DNA of 63,921 nt, the filler included, from Nemertoderma westbladi (Eukaryota > Animalia > Xenacoelomorpha): assembly GCA_032718475.1 (NCBI GenBank). It is 3 parts of 3 records of this genome, joined end to end, with 100 filler letters (N's around TTAATTAATTAA, not from the genome) between each part and the next. Parts side by side here need not be neighbours in the genome. Positions count along the whole stretch, not along the records: positions 51,078 to 63,921 come from JAUCBJ010005642.1; 2 more parts are not named here. One strand, given 5' to 3'. The notes under the pieces are model-generated. The model was not told the origin of the DNA. It made no database searches and saw nothing but the letters and a program-made list of their open reading frames with translations. The position numbers and the translations under genes were made by a program. Of the stretch, positions 60,258 through 63,921 are shown piece after piece; position 1 is the first letter of the stretch, and every line of letters begins with the position of its first letter.

Positions 60258-61242
60258 TATCCAACTGGCAGTTGTGCTAACATTTGGCTATCAAAAATGG
60301 CAGTTGTGGTCACAAAAAAATAGTGGTAACAAGTTGAGCTGACATTTGATCAGGGACATGTGTCTGACGTTTTGATCGGGTCCCCATGTACTCTTTGTAA
60401 TGTTAGCACAAGTGCCACTTTGCAATACCTGAAATGTGAGGGAAAAAAATCGTGTATCCCTTTAGCGTCCTCTTCTTGAACATTCAAAAATCATTGACTA
60501 GAGTTCTGCTAACATGTAATAGTTGTGCTAACATCAAACAAATGACACCATCAATATTGATTAAAATTATCTCATGGAATTTATAACACCAGTTGTAGGA
60601 ACATTTCTCCTCTGCAGTTAGGCAGCGAATTCGTGCTGTCTATAAAATATTCTAGAACATTTAATTATTTACATGGAGTGAACGGCGATGCCATTGTTAG
60701 AGAAGGCAATATATCGAGCTTGAAGGCGAATATATGTCTGCTGGCCAGACAGTAGTGTAGCTAATGCAATGGATGGGGCAGCCGACTACGGCGATATTGA
60801 TTTGTGATGTAAATAGGAAGGCCCCTTGCCCCACAAATTCGGGTTCATAATAATTCGGGGTAATGTAAATTTATCTGTGAATATGAAACACTACTGGAGT
60901 CAATATTAAGGGTACTCTTTCACTTGCTTCCTTCTCTTGTTTTTACGTACAAGGCAAGGGGGACTGGACTCCACACTAACTCCAACGGATGAACACAGTG
61001 GATGATCTTATATACATATTATATATTGTGCTGTGCGAGGGCCGTATTTCGATTTTGAATCAATTTTTTGCATTACAAACAAGATTTATTAATCCTTAAT
61101 AAAACCAAATAATTTGATGACCATATAGGTTTTATGGGATGCTGATCACGAACATGACACTCAAAAATATCGTTATTATCCAACCAAAATTTCGAAAAAA
61201 TCGAATTTTGGCGTTTAAAATTTTACGCTAACTTGTATTTTT

Positions 61243-61585
61243 CGTCCCACCAGACAAGCACCAAAAATGATTGTTGCGTTACCACAAATTATTTTTAACG
61301 AGTTGTATCGTGATCAGCGACCTTGAAAATCGGTACAGCTTCAGAATTACCAAACCCAAGGCAAAATTTAACAGTTTATAATTTTGTGCTATTTGTACTT
61401 TTCGTTCTGGGGCACCAGAATGGCACGAAAAATGGGTTTGCTTTATCAGAAATATTTGTAACTAGTTTCATCGTGATCAGCGACATCGAAAACCCGTATA
61501 CCTTCAGAATTATCAAACCAAACACACCATTTTTTAGTTTGACATTTTTTTACTTATAATATTTTGAGTTTGCAGCTATTAGTAT
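61243..61585 (+). repeat. Dispersed DNA-transposon-like repeat, copy 1
   Basis: Homologous to 63575-63915 (cgtcccaccagaca...cagcgacatcgaaaacccgtataccttcagaattatc...gagtttgcagctat). Confidence 0.8.
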
Positions 61586-62054
61586 ATAGAGTAGTAGTGT
61601 AGTATATAATCTTTTAACGCTTTTTTATATTTTATTTTATGCTTTTGCATATATCAAGCAATGAGGCGAATGTATGTACGGGAAATACAGCACATATAAT
61701 GCGATGAATGGAAAAACGGCAGGCGGTGATATGAGTCGTGTTGTTAATATGACCCTACACCCACACACTTATCAGGAGTTCGCCGAATATATAAGAAATA
61801 TTTAATTACAATTTTAACTAATTATATAATCTCGATTACTGAAAAACAAGTTAAGTGTTTCAAAACAGAAAGACAAGGGTTGCACTATATGAATGGAAAT
61901 ATCCGGGCCCAGTTGTACTAGACTCTCAACATCTAATTGTTACAGTGTTGTAGTTAGTAATATATTATTGTTATTACCATTATACTCAAAAATAATCTGA
62001 CAGGCAACTATTTTACCAAAAATAAACGCCCTTGTGATCCAATTAATATGAAAC

Positions 62055-62846
62055 ACGATATTCCAACGGACTATATAACGGCACTTAACTCATTATATAA
62101 CGACTTTCTTACTGGCTATATAACGATATTCCAACGGACTATATAACGGCACTTAACTCATTATATAACGACTTTCCTACTGGCTATATAACGATATTCC
62201 AACGGGCTATATAACGGCACTTAACTCATTATAAAACGACTTTCCTACTGGCTATATAACGATATTCCAACGGACTATATAACGGCACTTAACTCATTAT
62301 AAAACGACTTTCCTACTGGCTATATAACGATATTCCAACGGACTATATAACGGCACTTAACTCATTATATAACGACTTTCCTACTGGCTATATAACGATA
62401 TTCCAACGGACTATATAACGGCATTTAACTCATTATATAACGACTTTCCTACTGGCTATATAACGATATTCCAACGGACTATATAACGGCATTTAACTCA
62501 TTATATAACGACTTTTCTACTGGCTATATAACGATATTCCAACGGACTATATAACGGCATTTAACTGATTATATAACGACTTTCCTACTGGCTATATAAC
62601 GATATTCCAACGGACTATATAACGGCACTTAACTCATTATATAACGACTTTCCTACTGGCTATATAACGATATTCCAACGGACTATATAACGGCACTTAA
62701 CTCATTATATAACGACTTTCCTACTGGCTATATAACGATATTCCAACGGGCTATATAACGGCACTTAACTCATTATATAACGACTTTCCTACTGGCTATA
62801 TAACGATATTCCAACGGGCTATATAACGGCACTTAACTCATTATAT
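62055..62846. repeat. 68-bp satellite, ~11.6 copies, each made of three tatataacg-containing subunits
   Basis: cgatattcc recurs at 62056, 62124, 62192 and onward. Confidence 0.95.
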
Positions 62847-62862
62847 CATTACATTGCATTAC

Positions 62863-63122
62863 GTTGCTCATTGTTGCTCGTTCTTGTACTTTATTATTGC
62901 TTGTTGTTGCTCATTGTTGCTCATTGTTGTTCGTTGTTGCTCATTGTTGTTCGTTGTTGCTCATTGTTGCTCGTTCTTGTACTTTATTATTGCTTGTTGT
63001 TGCTCATTGTTGCTCGTAGTTGTTCGTTGTTGCTCATTGTTGCTCGTTCTTGTACTTCATTATTGCTTGTTATTGCTCATTGCTGCTCATTGTTGCTCGC
63101 TGTTGGTCATTGTTGCTCGTTG
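62863..63122. repeat. Degenerate (ttgttgctca)n low-complexity repeat
   Basis: Directly visible. Confidence 0.9.
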
Positions 63123-63574
63123 TGCATTTTAGCACCTACCAACTATGGGAACAGCTACGGATATAATTACGCGTGATATTTATAATTTACCTGGAGGTAT
63201 CAGTCCCCCGCTGCTGCTACCACCTAAAATACAATAAATAGTAATTCTATAAATTAAATAGAAGAGCACGAACTCTTGTTCTCTTAATCAGCCTAATATT
63301 TAGCCTTATTCGTATTTCAGATTTGCCAGGAATGGCTATGGCTAATTAATTAGCTGCGAAGGATAAATAGAACTTCGCAATGTGAGAATGTCAATTTCAG
63401 AATTTTCAGTCAGAAAGGCATAACCTGTCATCTGATAACCATCATCTGATAAAACATTACTTAATTCAATATCAATATCGGAAAATGTTTTTCCCTTATG
63501 GACTCCTATTTTACCTTTAGCAATAGCAATTAATACTTTCGATACCTGGGATATTTATAGTATCCGTATTTATC

Positions 63575-63915
63575 CGTCCCACCAGACATGCAGAAAAAAT
63601 GATAGTTGCGTTAGCACGAATGATTTTTTACGAGTTATATCGTAGTAATCAGCGACTTTGAAAACCAGTATAGTTATTTATAACCAAAGTCAAAATTTAA
63701 CACTTTATAATTTTGTGCTACTTGTAGTTTTCGTTTTGGGGCACTTGAATGGCACCAAAATGGGATTTGCACATGCACATACCAGAAATATTTATAACTA
63801 GTGTCATCCTGTTCAGCGACATCGAAAACCCGTATACCTTCAGAATTATCAAACCAAACACAACATTTTTCAGTTTGACTTTTTTACTTATAATATTTTG
63901 AGTTTGCAGCTATAT
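63575..63915 (+). repeat. Dispersed DNA-transposon-like repeat, copy 2
   Basis: Homologous to 61243-61585. Confidence 0.8.
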
Positions 63916-63921
63916 ATATAT

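Noticed and set aside
62055-62846. CRISPR-like regularly spaced repeats
   Set aside because: The spacers are identical between units, there are no cas genes, and the context is eukaryotic.
62854-63176. Cys/Leu-rich membrane-protein-like ORFs
   Set aside because: Translation of a low-complexity ttg repeat.

Overview
This is a repeat-dense, AT-rich window of animal (probably marine invertebrate) nuclear DNA, made of three contigs joined by artificial 100-nt N/TTAATTAATTAA linkers. It holds one recognisable host exon, the last coding exon of a C7orf31/SPMIP4-like gene (15015-15575). Almost everything else is transposable elements: three BEL/Pao LTR retrotransposons, a CRE-clade non-LTR element, several RTE LINE copies with long target-site duplications (TSDs), a tRNA-derived SINE, a Merlin/IS1595 transposase fragment, a decayed Polinton-type protein-primed DNA polymerase B, many MITEs (partly nested) and satellites. 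Of the BEL elements, one has an uninterrupted gag-pol running off the left edge, one is cut by a gap, and one is complete with both LTRs and a 5-bp TSD but lacks RT and integrase. The most interesting observation concerns the two related BEL elements (24003-28763 and 37903-49434). Neither has a tRNA primer-binding site (PBS). Instead, the 11-12 nt immediately after each 5' LTR are perfectly complementary to a homologous site inside that element's own LTR, with four compensatory substitutions between the two elements. This suggests Tf1-style self-primed reverse transcription in a BEL/Pao lineage. All family assignments come from motif recognition by eye; no database search was run.
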